From: an uncultured delta proteobacterium
Lineage (GTDB): Bacteria; Myxococcota_A; Polyangia; Polyangiales; Polyangiaceae
Direction: 5' to 3'
Assembly (NCBI GenBank): GCA_963850305.1
Contig: CAWKKR010000008.1
Coordinates: forward strand, 1,376,001-1,440,000
Length of the DNA stretch: 64,000 nucleotides
The notes below the pieces were generated by a model that made no database searches, was not told the origin of the DNA, and saw nothing but the letters and a program-made list of their open reading frames with translations. Below are positions 34,485 through 43,788 of the stretch, in pieces (position 1 is the stretch's first letter; each line of letters begins with the position of its first letter). A program made the translations under genes and the position numbers.

Positions 34485-34885
34485 CTATCGGGTCACGGGG
34501 AACACGGGCCCGTCCTTCGCTGAGCCCGTGAGGGTCCACCAGAGGTGCAGGACGTTCCGCAGGTGTTCCGGCGTGACGAAGAGCTGTGGATCCATCGTCT
34601 TGTTCCTCGGAGCCCAAGCAGTTTCGAACCTTTCGTCCGGGAACAGGTCAACGTTCCACTTCCAGCGATGAAGGTCTGAGCCGACCCGTAGCCCGCCGAG
34701 GTACCGAGAGCATGTTGCGAGAACTTGTCGCTCGACGACGCCATACCTCCACGAAGGAGATCGAGGATCGTGCCGGAGCGGATGGCTGTACGCCATTTAG
34801 AGCTGCAACTCTCTGTCTGTGAGCACCTCGCGTCGTCGCCGAGGTTCTTTCGGGATGTCCAAGTCCGGCAGGCGCACCGTGACCC
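34485..34885 (-). pseudogene. tyrosine recombinase/integrase remnant
   Basis: REVLTDRELQL*MAYSHP...SRYLGGLRVGSDLH...PRNKT...WW...GPVFP; in-frame stop at about 34797; N-terminus and catalytic C-terminus absent. Confidence 0.65.
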
Positions 34886-34949
34886 ATCAGCGACGGCGGG
34901 ATGATTTCGGACGGGGCGGGATTCACGCTGGAGCGCAACACGGAGGTTG

Positions 34950-35126
34950 CGCTTGGCAGAGCTGCGGGACAGTCTCTTGCTCACGGATGGCGGCCAGCGC
35001 CACCTTGGCCTTGAATGCTGCGCTGTGACGGGTGCGGGTGCTTTTCATGATTTCTGCTCCTTTTTCGAGGAGCAGGCGCCACCTACACCACCTTAGCTGC
35101 TGGTCCGAATTTTGGGGTCCACTTCA
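34950..35126 (-). mobile_element. IS3-family left-end remnant
   Basis: IR TGAAGTGGACCCCAAAATTCGGACC from 35126; orfA start MKSTRTRHSAAFKAKVALAAIRE at 35048, truncated. Confidence 0.8.
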
Positions 35127-35267
35127 TCGGTCCACTCGTCAACGCGGTCGGGGGGCGCGTTCGTCGATTCAGCGAGATTCATGCCAATTTTGCGGCTGTC
35201 CATGGGGTCCATGTTGAACTACGCTCGGAAGAACCGGGGCTGGTCCGGGGTTGATGGTTGACGAACG

Positions 35268-36038
35268 ATGGTCTGGAAGCTGACCCCCAAGGAGCACCGG
35301 GTGTACCCGCGGAATCCGCTGGTCGCTGTCGTTGCCGACCTCCGGTACCATCCGATCCTGAAGATCGGGAGCAAAGTGCCCGACTTTCAGGAGGCGGTCC
35401 GGAGCGTCTTCACGGAGTACCAGGAGCAGCCTCAGCAGTTCGTCACCGTGCAGCCGTTCGGTCTGATGCAGGTGTCCCAGGGCATGGCGCACATCTTTCG
35501 GAAGAGCAGCGGAACGGCGGCGCTGAGCCTGACTACCACGTCGCTCACGCTGGACTCCAGGCGGCACGCCAGCCGGGACCAGCTCATCTCGGAAGCGTGT
35601 CTCGGCTTCGACGGACTGCTTGGCCTTTACAGCCCAGTCAACGCGATCAGGTTCGGTCTCAGGTACATCAACGTGATCGACCGCCAAGAGATCAATCTTG
35701 CGCTGGGAAGGAAGGTCGCGTGGACGGACCTGATCACGCCGACCTTTTTCTCAGTGCCATCCGGTCTGGCGGACGAGCATGGGACGCTCTACGGCGTCGA
35801 GGTCAGCTCGCCCATGGACGAAGGTGGGCTCACCGTTCGGTACGGACTCATGCAAGATCCGAAGGATGGGCGAGAGAAGTTCCGCTTCGATTCGGACCGC
35901 TACGTCGATGCGCCCGTGGAGCAGAGCCAGATCCGGGCCTTGCTCGCCCGGTTCGCCGACGACATCTATTCCGTGTTCATGGAAGCAAAAGCGCCGGCCT
36001 TGGAAGAGTGGATGGAGAAGGGGGACGCGACATCATGA
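35268..36038 (+). CDS. TIGR04255-family protein
   Basis: YPRNPLVAVVADLRY, RFGLRYINVI, FDSD motifs; 256 aa. Confidence 0.85.
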   Translation: MVWKLTPKEHRVYPRNPLVAVVADLRYHPILKIGSKVPDFQEAVRSVFTEYQEQPQQFVTVQPFGLMQVSQGMAHIFRKSSGTAALSLTTTSLTLDSRRHASRDQLISEACLGFDGLLGLYSPVNAIRFGLRYINVIDRQEINLALGRKVAWTDLITPTFFSVPSGLADEHGTLYGVEVSSPMDEGGLTVRYGLMQDPKDGREKFRFDSDRYVDAPVEQSQIRALLARFADDIYSVFMEAKAPALEEWMEKGDATS

Positions 36039-36370
36039 GCCAAGAGATCGTACCGATGTTCACGCTGGCGCTGTCGTGCAGCATCCCCTTGCAACCGACC
36101 GTCCACCTCGCCATTTCGAGCACCCGTGGCATCGAGACTCCGGCCCCTCCGGATCTCCCCCTGCCGACCTTCTCGACGCCGCCCTCTGGCAGGATGCTCG
36201 TCCACGTTGATTCACGGGAGGCGCTCGTTCGTGCATCCGCCGACCTGGTTCGAGCCCTGGCGACGGCTCTGCCCCAGAACCCGGATGATGAGCGACTTGT
36301 GGCAGCTCGTGTCGCCGAGGTCATGGGTGCCGAGAAGCCGAGGCCACTCAGACGGAGGCTCGGCGGGTAG
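36035..36370 (+). CDS. hypothetical protein, putative antitoxin
   Basis: 111 aa; ATGA overlap with the upstream gene and TAGTG overlap with the downstream gene. Confidence 0.7.
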   Translation: MSQEIVPMFTLALSCSIPLQPTVHLAISSTRGIETPAPPDLPLPTFSTPPSGRMLVHVDSREALVRASADLVRALATALPQNPDDERLVAARVAEVMGAEKPRPLRRRLGG

Positions 36371-36951
36371 TGGCCGGGGAAGATGGAAGGTGGCCGCCGG
36401 TCTACGACGCCGACGACCTCGTCGCTCAGATCAAGGAGTTGACGACGCGACCAGACTTCGAGTCGGTCTTCTATGAGTGGCGGCTCGACAGGGCTGTCCA
36501 ACCCCTGACCGATGTCTGTCAGGGCGACGTCGTCAGGCTGGCGAGCGAGGTGCCCGTAATCGGGGATGACGGGCAACCCGGGACGATTTCGAACGCTACC
36601 GGCATGTGGATGGTCCTGGGAAACACGTGTGACTTCGACCGGGACTTCGATGACGGTCCATGGACGCACGTTGCACCCCTCGTGGATCTCGGCGGACCGG
36701 ACGTCGGGCAAACGCTCCGTGATGCTCTCCGGAAGTACAGCCAGTTTAGGCGCTTCTACGCTCCCCCCTGGGCGGACGGGTCAGAGCATCGGTACCACGT
36801 CGTCGAGTTGCCCCTCATGGTCTCCATCGACAAGCGGGCGTTCTCCGGCGTCGCCCAGGTTCAGGCCCGCCTGAGCCGGCCGGCGTGGATCCTGCTCAAC
36901 GCTTGCCTCGTGCGGTTCCTGGCCCGAGACGACGGTCGGTACGCTGCGTGA
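36370..36951 (+). CDS. hypothetical protein with PemK/MazF-like QGD...TCD motifs
   Basis: VCQGDVV...MVLGNTCDFDR...HVAPL pattern. Confidence 0.7.
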   Translation: MAGEDGRWPPVYDADDLVAQIKELTTRPDFESVFYEWRLDRAVQPLTDVCQGDVVRLASEVPVIGDDGQPGTISNATGMWMVLGNTCDFDRDFDDGPWTHVAPLVDLGGPDVGQTLRDALRKYSQFRRFYAPPWADGSEHRYHVVELPLMVSIDKRAFSGVAQVQARLSRPAWILLNACLVRFLARDDGRYAA

Positions 36952-37085
36952 CGAGGAGTTTTGCCACCAGCCCTGGCAAAACTCGGAACCAGCACCCGCA
37001 AATCCCAGGCAAATCCCCGAACGCACCCCTGACCGGGTGCTGGCTCAAGCCGTGGAAATACTTACGTTTCGGGGCTCTCCCGCCA

Positions 37086-37153
37086 GTCTACGGAACCGAA
37101 AGTCGGAAGTTCGAATCTTCCCGGGCGCGCAAAGGAAATCACAGGGGATTTCG
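37086..37153 (+). repeat. attR: 68-bp direct repeat (tRNA-Arg 3' fragment)
   Basis: Identical to 28472-28539. Confidence 0.95.
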
Positions 37154-37398
37154 GCGAGCGCCGAATCGAGCGTGGCAACGAAGCGACGGCCGAGTCGAAT
37201 GAGAGGAAGCATGGGGCGGACGAGCCGCAGAGCCAACAAGACGATGCGGCTGTCGCAAGAGATGACGCAGCGGTGGGGGGCGTCGCCCGAGGCTCGCGGC
37301 ACATGCCGGAAAAGCGCAACTACGGGTCAGGCCGGGACGCACATGAGGGATTGCCCGGCGAGTCAGGGACGTGCACGATCGCCCGTTCGCGTCGTAGA

Positions 37399-38961
37399 TC
37401 AGGGCGTGATGAGTGCTGGCTGCGAGAATGCAGTGAGCGCGGCGTGGTCGGGTTCGAGGACGAATCCGGCGTTGATCACCTCTTCGGCATCGGCTTCGTA
37501 CTGCTGCTGGTAGGCAGCGCGCGTCGGGTAGAGCGCGGTAAGGCGAGCCGTGGGGAGCGGCGTGGTCGAACCGAGGAGGAGGCAAATGAGACTGCTGTTC
37601 GGGCCCGGCGCACCGGAGAGCACCTCGACAGGAACGTCGACCGGCGGCGTCCGGACGCCCCCGAGTGCGATGCCGTCGCCATCACGAAGGACCGTGGCCG
37701 CCCCCGCGTCCGTCACATTCACGCTGAGGCGCGGCGCGATGGGCGGAACCGCACCCGTCCGCAACCACGTTTCGAGGCCTCGAAAGGCGGCCTTGGCGAT
37801 GAGATGCAGGGGGCCGTCGTTGATCGGCACGCCACAGTCGATGGAGCTCGCGGCCGAACCGAGGAGGTGGAGGTCTGCGTGAGACGTGCCGGCGGTTTCC
37901 CAGAGCCGGAATCTGTCGCTGTCCGGCTGGCGTACGACGACCGAATCCAGGATCCCGGTGACGTCGCTCTCCGCTTGCACGTCGATGACCGGGGCGTCGA
38001 GATCGTCGCGGAAGATCGGGTGCGACGGGCTCGTGATCGACGTGGCGAGGTCGGCGGAAGCGCCGGGCCCGACCAGGGGCAGTGCCGTCGCTCCGCGGCT
38101 GTGCACGAAGAAGCCGTCGAACGCGAGAGTGAGCGGCTGCACGCCATCGTAGTACGTCGTGAGCGCGAACGCGGACTGCGACTCGCCGGCGGCGACCACG
38201 AGCCGTGGCTTCACCCCGCCCAGCACGGTTCCACCTGCCAGCAGGGCGCGCGTCACTTGCGTGAAGATGTCGAACGAATAGCCGTCGCCGGGGTGCGCAA
38301 GCGACCCGTACCGGACGGGATCGATCGCTTTCAGTCCCTTGCCTACGAAATTGTCTCCGCCGGGAACGGGTACCGACACCAGCACGGCGCCGCCCTCCAC
38401 ACCGATGATTTGCGCCGAGACGCCGACCCAGATGTGGCCCTGTCGCGTGATCTCTTCCGAGAGGCTGGCGTATTCCGGGTTGGCGTCGACTCCCCCGCTC
38501 ACGTTCAGCCACTCGACAACGACGGTGCCGCTCGCGTCGGCGGCGTTCGCGGGACGCTCGACCAGGACTCGCGTGCGGTAGGCCGCGGTCGTGCTCGGCT
38601 CGAACGTCCAATGGCCGTCGTCCGTGAGGGAGCCCGTCGCCTCGTAGGCCGTTGCCGTTCCCGCCGCGACGTACTCGTGCTCGACGTAGCCGTCGGGGAC
38701 GGTCAAGCCGTTTGCGGCACCGATGAACACGCCGTTCCCTCCGGTGAGCTCCTGCGACATGTCCGCGGCCGGTCCCGCCGGACGCACACGGGGCGCGGGG
38801 CTCGACGCATCCGGTGTCTCGGTCTTCGCCTTCGTGCTGTCCGTGCTGGAGCAAGCAAGCTCGCACATCGCGAGGAGCGCCGTTCCGGCGAGGGCGCGAC
38901 GCGTCGCGGCCCGTCCGATTGTGCGAGAGCCGCGCCGAGCGGTGGCATCCGGGAGTTGCAT
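37399..38961 (-). CDS. alpha/beta hydrolase domain lipoprotein
   Basis: Lipobox-like LAC; VVVEWLNVSGG, GESQSA nucleophile, GTSHAD. Confidence 0.85.
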   Translation of the reverse strand: MQLPDATARRGSRTIGRAATRRALAGTALLAMCELACSSTDSTKAKTETPDASSPAPRVRPAGPAADMSQELTGGNGVFIGAANGLTVPDGYVEHEYVAAGTATAYEATGSLTDDGHWTFEPSTTAAYRTRVLVERPANAADASGTVVVEWLNVSGGVDANPEYASLSEEITRQGHIWVGVSAQIIGVEGGAVLVSVPVPGGDNFVGKGLKAIDPVRYGSLAHPGDGYSFDIFTQVTRALLAGGTVLGGVKPRLVVAAGESQSAFALTTYYDGVQPLTLAFDGFFVHSRGATALPLVGPGASADLATSITSPSHPIFRDDLDAPVIDVQAESDVTGILDSVVVRQPDSDRFRLWETAGTSHADLHLLGSAASSIDCGVPINDGPLHLIAKAAFRGLETWLRTGAVPPIAPRLSVNVTDAGAATVLRDGDGIALGGVRTPPVDVPVEVLSGAPGPNSSLICLLLGSTTPLPTARLTALYPTRAAYQQQYEADAEEVINAGFVLEPDHAALTAFSQPALITP

Positions 38962-39150
38962 GGGGATGCTGCCTACTTCACCACGCTGGACGGGGGCGGC
39001 TCAAGATCCTCACGCACACGCGCTCCGCGAGAATCATCCAACCGTCATTTCTCTCATGAGGCAGGGCGAGCAGTCCAGCTAACCGAAGATTCCACGGCGG
39101 TGTCATTCCGGGCGCGGCGGGCGATGAGATGCGTGGTGCAGGAGCTTGGT

Positions 39151-39166
39151 ATATGCTTTTGCATAT
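39151..39166. promoter_or_regulatory. palindromic operator of the toxin-antitoxin operon
   Basis: ATATGC-tttt-GCATAT overlapping the antitoxin start codon. Confidence 0.6.
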
Positions 39167-39443
39167 GAAGCAATTCCTCGTCGAGCTGGATGAATCTTGC
39201 GCCCGCGACCTGGAGCGCGTGGCGCCATCGAAGAGCCGCAAGCGGTCCGAGTTCGTGCGACTCGCGATCCGTCACGCCGTCGATCTCGCGCTGGATCGCG
39301 AGACGGCAGCGGCGTACGCGCGCCAGCCGATGCCGCTCGGCCCGATCGCGGCGGATCTCGTGGGGTGGGACCCGCACAACGCGCTGGCTCGCCCCATCCG
39401 GAAGCGACTGCGAGGGAAGCGCACCGCCAAGAGTGCCGCGTGA
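39165..39443 (+). CDS. ribbon-helix-helix antitoxin
   Basis: MKQFLVELD...RSEFVRLAI...AYARQP. Confidence 0.8.
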   Translation: MKQFLVELDESCARDLERVAPSKSRKRSEFVRLAIRHAVDLALDRETAAAYARQPMPLGPIAADLVGWDPHNALARPIRKRLRGKRTAKSAA

Positions 39444-39805
39444 TTGCAAAGACGAGGGCGGCCGAGCCACGGCAGTTCGACGTCTTCTGGGCGTCCCTCC
39501 CGGCGCCCGTGGGGCGGCGTCCCGTGCTGCTCCTCGGTCGCACTCCCTCCTTCGAGTATCTGAGCCGCGTTCTCGTCGTGGAGGTTACCACGACGATCCG
39601 CGGCATCCCGCAAGAAGTCGTCCTCGGCAAGCGCGAGGGCCTTCCGCGCCCGTGTGTCGCGAACCTCGACGCGCTCAGAACCATGCCGCGTGAGTTTCTC
39701 GCCGATCGGCTCGGCCGGCTCCGGCACGAGCGGCAGGTCGAGGTCAAACGGGCACTCGGCCACGTCCTCCTCTGGCCGGAGCTCACGGAGCTATCACGTG
39801 AGTAG
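39440..39805 (+). CDS. PemK/MazF-family toxin
   Basis: GRRPVLLL, VTTTIRGI, ANLD, GRL; GTGA overlap with the antitoxin. Confidence 0.88.
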   Translation: MIAKTRAAEPRQFDVFWASLPAPVGRRPVLLLGRTPSFEYLSRVLVVEVTTTIRGIPQEVVLGKREGLPRPCVANLDALRTMPREFLADRLGRLRHERQVEVKRALGHVLLWPELTELSRE

Positions 39806-40002
39806 TTGCCCCGCACGCCAATCGTCAGTTCAAAGGCCAGGAACCACCGGTGTGGTGATCCTGCAACAGTGCGCCGGGTCTGGTCGCGATGTCGTCGCGA
39901 TCGTGTATTCAACCGCCGAGATCGGCGACGACCGTCGCGACCTCATCGGGCCGTCTTCGTGGCACGAGCGTCGGATGGCTCGGATTCAGTGGCAACCTCG
40001 TC

Positions 40003-40380
40003 GGGGTCACGCGTGAACCCGCCGCAATCGAGGGTGAACCGGTCGGGATCCGTCGCCTACCCGGGCGAGGTCAACCATATGACCGAGGCGGGTCTGTGCT
40101 GATCGCGACGGGTTCGCCGCTGACCCGGGGCAGGGCAATGAGTTGACCCAGACGGGTCCATGCATGATCGCGACGGATTCACCGCTGACCCGTCAGGGTC
40201 AATGGGTGGACCCTGGCGGGTCCATGCGTGATCGCGACGGGTTCGTCTCTGACGCGCGACAGGGCAGCGACATGACCTCGATGGGTCCATGGGTGATCGC
40301 GACGCGATCATCGACGATCTCGTCCGGGTCGCTCATGATGCCGACGGATCGCGCATGGACCCCGGCGTGGGTTGCCTTCG
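40003..40380. repeat. degenerate tandem array of about 21-22-bp imperfect palindromes (64-65-bp super-period)
   Basis: TGATCGCGACG at 40100, 40165, 40229 and 40294; subunits resemble GGGTC-N5/6-TGACCC. Confidence 0.75.
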
Positions 40381-40544
40381 GTTCCGTCGGAACTACGCGT
40401 GAGCTCGGCGAGGTTGCCGCTCATGTCGACTTCGGCAGCCCTTGAACACCATCGGGTGAGGGCCGGTCCACAGTAACCAGTCGTTGCAACTGACGGGGCC
40501 GCCGGTCGAGCTTCTCGCTCGCTCTGGCGCCCGCAGCCGAACCT

Positions 40545-40720
40545 CTGGGCCCGCCCCCGAGCTTCGACTGTTTCCGCTCGATCGGGAAGCTGCTCGCCGT
40601 GCCCTCGAACGGCTGCTGGCGTGGGACTTCGATCGCGCCGTCATCGCCCACTGCGAGCTGCTCGATCACGAGCCGAAGGACGCCATCCGCGAAGCGTGGC
40701 GGTGGCTCCTCGATCAGTGA
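40545..40720 (+). pseudogene. DUF4336-like C-terminal fragment
   Basis: DREAARRALERLLAWDFDRAVIAH...AWRWL with no N-terminal part. Confidence 0.55.
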
Positions 40721-40822
40721 CGCTCGTACCTCCGGTCCGTCGTTCTGAGCGCGCGGCACGCTGTTCCCGACACGCAGTCTTCCGCGTCCGCGGTCCGTCG
40801 GCCGATCACGGCGCGGCAGGGC

Positions 40823-41737
40823 CTACCAGTTTGCGTTCTTGCGTTGAATATCCGTCCAAGGTTCCTTACAGAGGATGCAGTCATCGCCGTAGAAGTATTT
40901 CTTGGCACCCAGGTCGCCATAGATCCAGAGACGCAGCCACGCGATGGCGGGCGCTCGTTCGTCCCCGCCGTCTCCGTTGTTTTCGAGGACGTACAGGTGG
41001 CCCGCGAAGCTCGCTGACGCGTCGGGGACGTCCAAGGTTGCCATGACCGTCGGCACTACCGTGGACGAGTCGTAACACGGTTGTACGAACCCCGACTTCG
41101 TCACGAATCCGTCCGCGGTGGACGTGAAGAGCAAGAGCGGTCCCTGGAGCGCCGCGGCCGCGCCGGGCAGGCCATGGAACGAAACCGTGGCGAGCACGCC
41201 CGGGTGACTGCCCGCGTTCACTGCCGCGCCTCCGCCCAGGGAGTAGCCAACGGTAGCGGCGCAATCGACGTTGAGCTGGCCTTCGAACTGACCTCCGGCG
41301 GCGTTCTGTGCGATCAGCCAATCGAGTCCGGCGTTCATCAGATCCGCGGTGACGGTGGTGCTATCGCTCGCGACGATCACGAAGCCGTGAGAGGCGATGT
41401 CGCTCAGCAATCCCGGATAGGCCTGAGGCGTGGTGGTGATGCCGTTGCCCCACGTGATGATCGGGTGCTTGAATCCGTTCTGTCCGAGGACGGTCGGGCG
41501 GATCACCGTATATGTTCCGTCCGGTCCGGTGCCGTCGGTCGTGGTCGTGTCGGGGAACGGGCCGGGGAGTGAGTAGTCGTCGACGGGCGGCAGGGTTCCG
41601 CACATCGAAGCGGCCTTGGCCCGAGCGTCCGCCGCACCGGAGTCCCGGCGCTCGGCGCCGACGATGTCATCGTGGGAGCTGCATGCCATCGAACCAAACG
41701 CCCCAAGCATGGCTGCCCCGAACCAGTATTTCTTCAT
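40823..41737 (-). CDS. cutinase/lipase-like alpha/beta hydrolase lipoprotein
   Basis: Lipobox SMAC; HPIITWGNG, ASHGFVI, GYSLGG, DGFV, GH. Confidence 0.85.
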   Translation of the reverse strand: MKKYWFGAAMLGAFGSMACSSHDDIVGAERRDSGAADARAKAASMCGTLPPVDDYSLPGPFPDTTTTDGTGPDGTYTVIRPTVLGQNGFKHPIITWGNGITTTPQAYPGLLSDIASHGFVIVASDSTTVTADLMNAGLDWLIAQNAAGGQFEGQLNVDCAATVGYSLGGGAAVNAGSHPGVLATVSFHGLPGAAAALQGPLLLFTSTADGFVTKSGFVQPCYDSSTVVPTVMATLDVPDASASFAGHLYVLENNGDGGDERAPAIAWLRLWIYGDLGAKKYFYGDDCILCKEPWTDIQRKNANW

Positions 41738-41770
41738 GTCGTCACGTTCCTTCCGTCAGGGATGCGAAGA

Positions 41771-42649
41771 TCATCGGAAGACCATCGTCCGGTTGTCGAA
41801 GACGAGAATGCGATTTTCGAGATGCGCGCGAACGGCGGTCGAGAGCACGACGCGTTCGAGGTCGCGGCCCTTGCGGATCAGATCGTCCACCGAGTCGCGG
41901 TGCGTGGTGTGCGCGACGTCCTGGTGAATGATGGGGCCTTCGTCGAGCGCATCCGTCACGTAGTGCGCCGTTGCACCGATGACCTTGACGCCGCGCTCGT
42001 GGGCCTGGTGATACGGCTTCTTCCCGACGAACGCGGGCAAGAAGGAGTGATGAATGTTGATGATCCGCTCCGGCAGGGCCCGGACCATCGTTGCGCTCAG
42101 GATCTGCATGTACCGGGCGAGCACGACGAGATCGACGCGGCGCGAGGAGAGCAGCTCGAGCGCGGCCTCTTCCTGTGCATCGCGAGTCTCCGGCGTGACG
42201 GGCAGGAACCGGTACTCGACGCCGAACTGAGCGGCGACGGGTTCGAGATCTGGATGATTGCTGATGATGAGAGCGAGCTCGCACGGAAGCTCGCCCGCCC
42301 GGTGACGGAGGATCAGGTCATACAAGCAATGATCGTATTTCGAGACGAAGACGGCCACTCGCGGCACGTGGCTCGAGTACGCGAGTCGGTACCGGAGCGA
42401 GAGCCGTTCGGCGACCTCGGCGATGCCGTGCTCGAGCGCGACGCGGTCGGTATGGAGATCGGCAAGGTCGAAGTGTACGCGCTGGAAGAACTGCTTCGCT
42501 TGCTGGTCGGTGTGCTGATCGGCGTCGAGGATGTTCGCGCCGTGCCCGTAGAGCAGCTGCGCCAGCGCCGCGACGATCCCCTTTCGGTCCGCGCACGAGA
42601 CGAGCAGGGTCGCCGTTTTGCCAGGATGCCCGTCCGCTCGCGTCGTCAT
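41771..42649 (-). CDS. purU: formyltetrahydrofolate deformylase
   Basis: ACT domain SCADRKGIVA; VSKYDHCL, LARYMQIL, INIHHSFLPAF, GATAHYVT, LDEGPII. Confidence 0.95.
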   Translation of the reverse strand: MTTRADGHPGKTATLLVSCADRKGIVAALAQLLYGHGANILDADQHTDQQAKQFFQRVHFDLADLHTDRVALEHGIAEVAERLSLRYRLAYSSHVPRVAVFVSKYDHCLYDLILRHRAGELPCELALIISNHPDLEPVAAQFGVEYRFLPVTPETRDAQEEAALELLSSRRVDLVVLARYMQILSATMVRALPERIINIHHSFLPAFVGKKPYHQAHERGVKVIGATAHYVTDALDEGPIIHQDVAHTTHRDSVDDLIRKGRDLERVVLSTAVRAHLENRILVFDNRTMVFR

Positions 42650-43788
42650 GACCAGAAGCGACGGGCCGTGTTTGCGACGAGCTCGAGCTTGCGCCACTGA
42701 TCGTCTTCGGTGACCAGGTTGCCCTTCAACGTGGAAGCAAAGCCACATTGGGGCGACACGGCGAGCCGGCTCGGGTCGAGATACTTCGACGCCTGATCGA
42801 GCTCGGCGAGCAATCCCTCCGACGTCTCCATCGTCGCTAGCTTCGAGCTGACGATGCCGAGGACGACCACGGAGTCGCCCGCGGGTACGTGACGAAGAGC
42901 GGAGAAGTCGCCCATGCGTTCCTTGTTTTCCCATTCGATCAGGAACGAGTCGTACGGGAGAGAGAAGAGCGCTTCGGAGACGGGGTCGAGGCGTCCTTCC
43001 GCGACGTAACGGCCCTGATTGTTGCCGCGGCAGACGTGCATCCCGGTCCGCACGTGAGCGGGCAGCCCGGAGATGACTTCTCGATCCGCCCACTCCGCGA
43101 GCTCCAGCGTCGCCTTCCAGTCGTACCCATGCCGTTCCATGCGGGCGCACCAGTCCGGATCGCAAAGAAACGGGTACACGGGGAAGTCGAGCTGCACGTA
43201 CCGGCAACCGGCTCGAACCACGTCGGCGATCATCGCTTTCTCGATCGCCACCACATGCTCGACGAGCTGCCGGTGCGATTCGTACGCGTGCCCGTTGAGC
43301 TCCCGGTTGTAGTTGTACGGGAGTGCGAGAAATGATCCCGCCGGGAAGGTCACCTTGTACAGGTGGTCCGTAATGCCGGACATGAACGCGGCTTCCTGGG
43401 CCGCGGGGCTACCGACCTGCTCCAGCCGGTTCACGACGTACTGCATGTTCCACTCGATGACCGAGCCGTCCGCGGCCTTGAATTTTGCCTTCGAAACTTC
43501 GCTCGAGAAGCCCGTGATGCCGTCGAACAGGGAGTTCAAGAACATGTATCGCCGGAACTCGCCGTCGGTGACGACGTCGAGGCCGATGTCGGTTTGCTTC
43601 TGCACGACGCGCCGCGCCTCTTCTTCGGCGATGGCGTAGAGCTCGTCCATGCCGTGCGCTCGCTCCGCATCTTCCACGGCGACGTGACCGGGTTCGTAGA
43701 CGGCCTCGTTCGCCGCGATGAGGCGAGCGGAGCGTTTCAGACTGCCGACTTGCTCGGCGCGGGGTACGGGCTTCTTCGGAGGGGTCAT
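42646..43788 (-). CDS. cobalamin-independent methionine synthase II family (single barrel)
   Basis: QVGSLKR, TDGEFRR, HVCRGN, IEW, SPQCGFAS zinc ligands. Confidence 0.9.
   Translation of the reverse strand: MTPPKKPVPRAEQVGSLKRSARLIAANEAVYEPGHVAVEDAERAHGMDELYAIAEEEARRVVQKQTDIGLDVVTDGEFRRYMFLNSLFDGITGFSSEVSKAKFKAADGSVIEWNMQYVVNRLEQVGSPAAQEAAFMSGITDHLYKVTFPAGSFLALPYNYNRELNGHAYESHRQLVEHVVAIEKAMIADVVRAGCRYVQLDFPVYPFLCDPDWCARMERHGYDWKATLELAEWADREVISGLPAHVRTGMHVCRGNNQGRYVAEGRLDPVSEALFSLPYDSFLIEWENKERMGDFSALRHVPAGDSVVVLGIVSSKLATMETSEGLLAELDQASKYLDPSRLAVSPQCGFASTLKGNLVTEDDQWRKLELVANTARRFWS

Noticed and set aside
37086..37129. Second tRNA-Arg gene
   Set aside because: Lacks the 5' acceptor strand and D-arm; it is the attR fragment
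40003..40380. CRISPR array (65-bp period)
   Set aside because: The putative spacers resemble each other, the repeats are degenerate, and no cas genes are present
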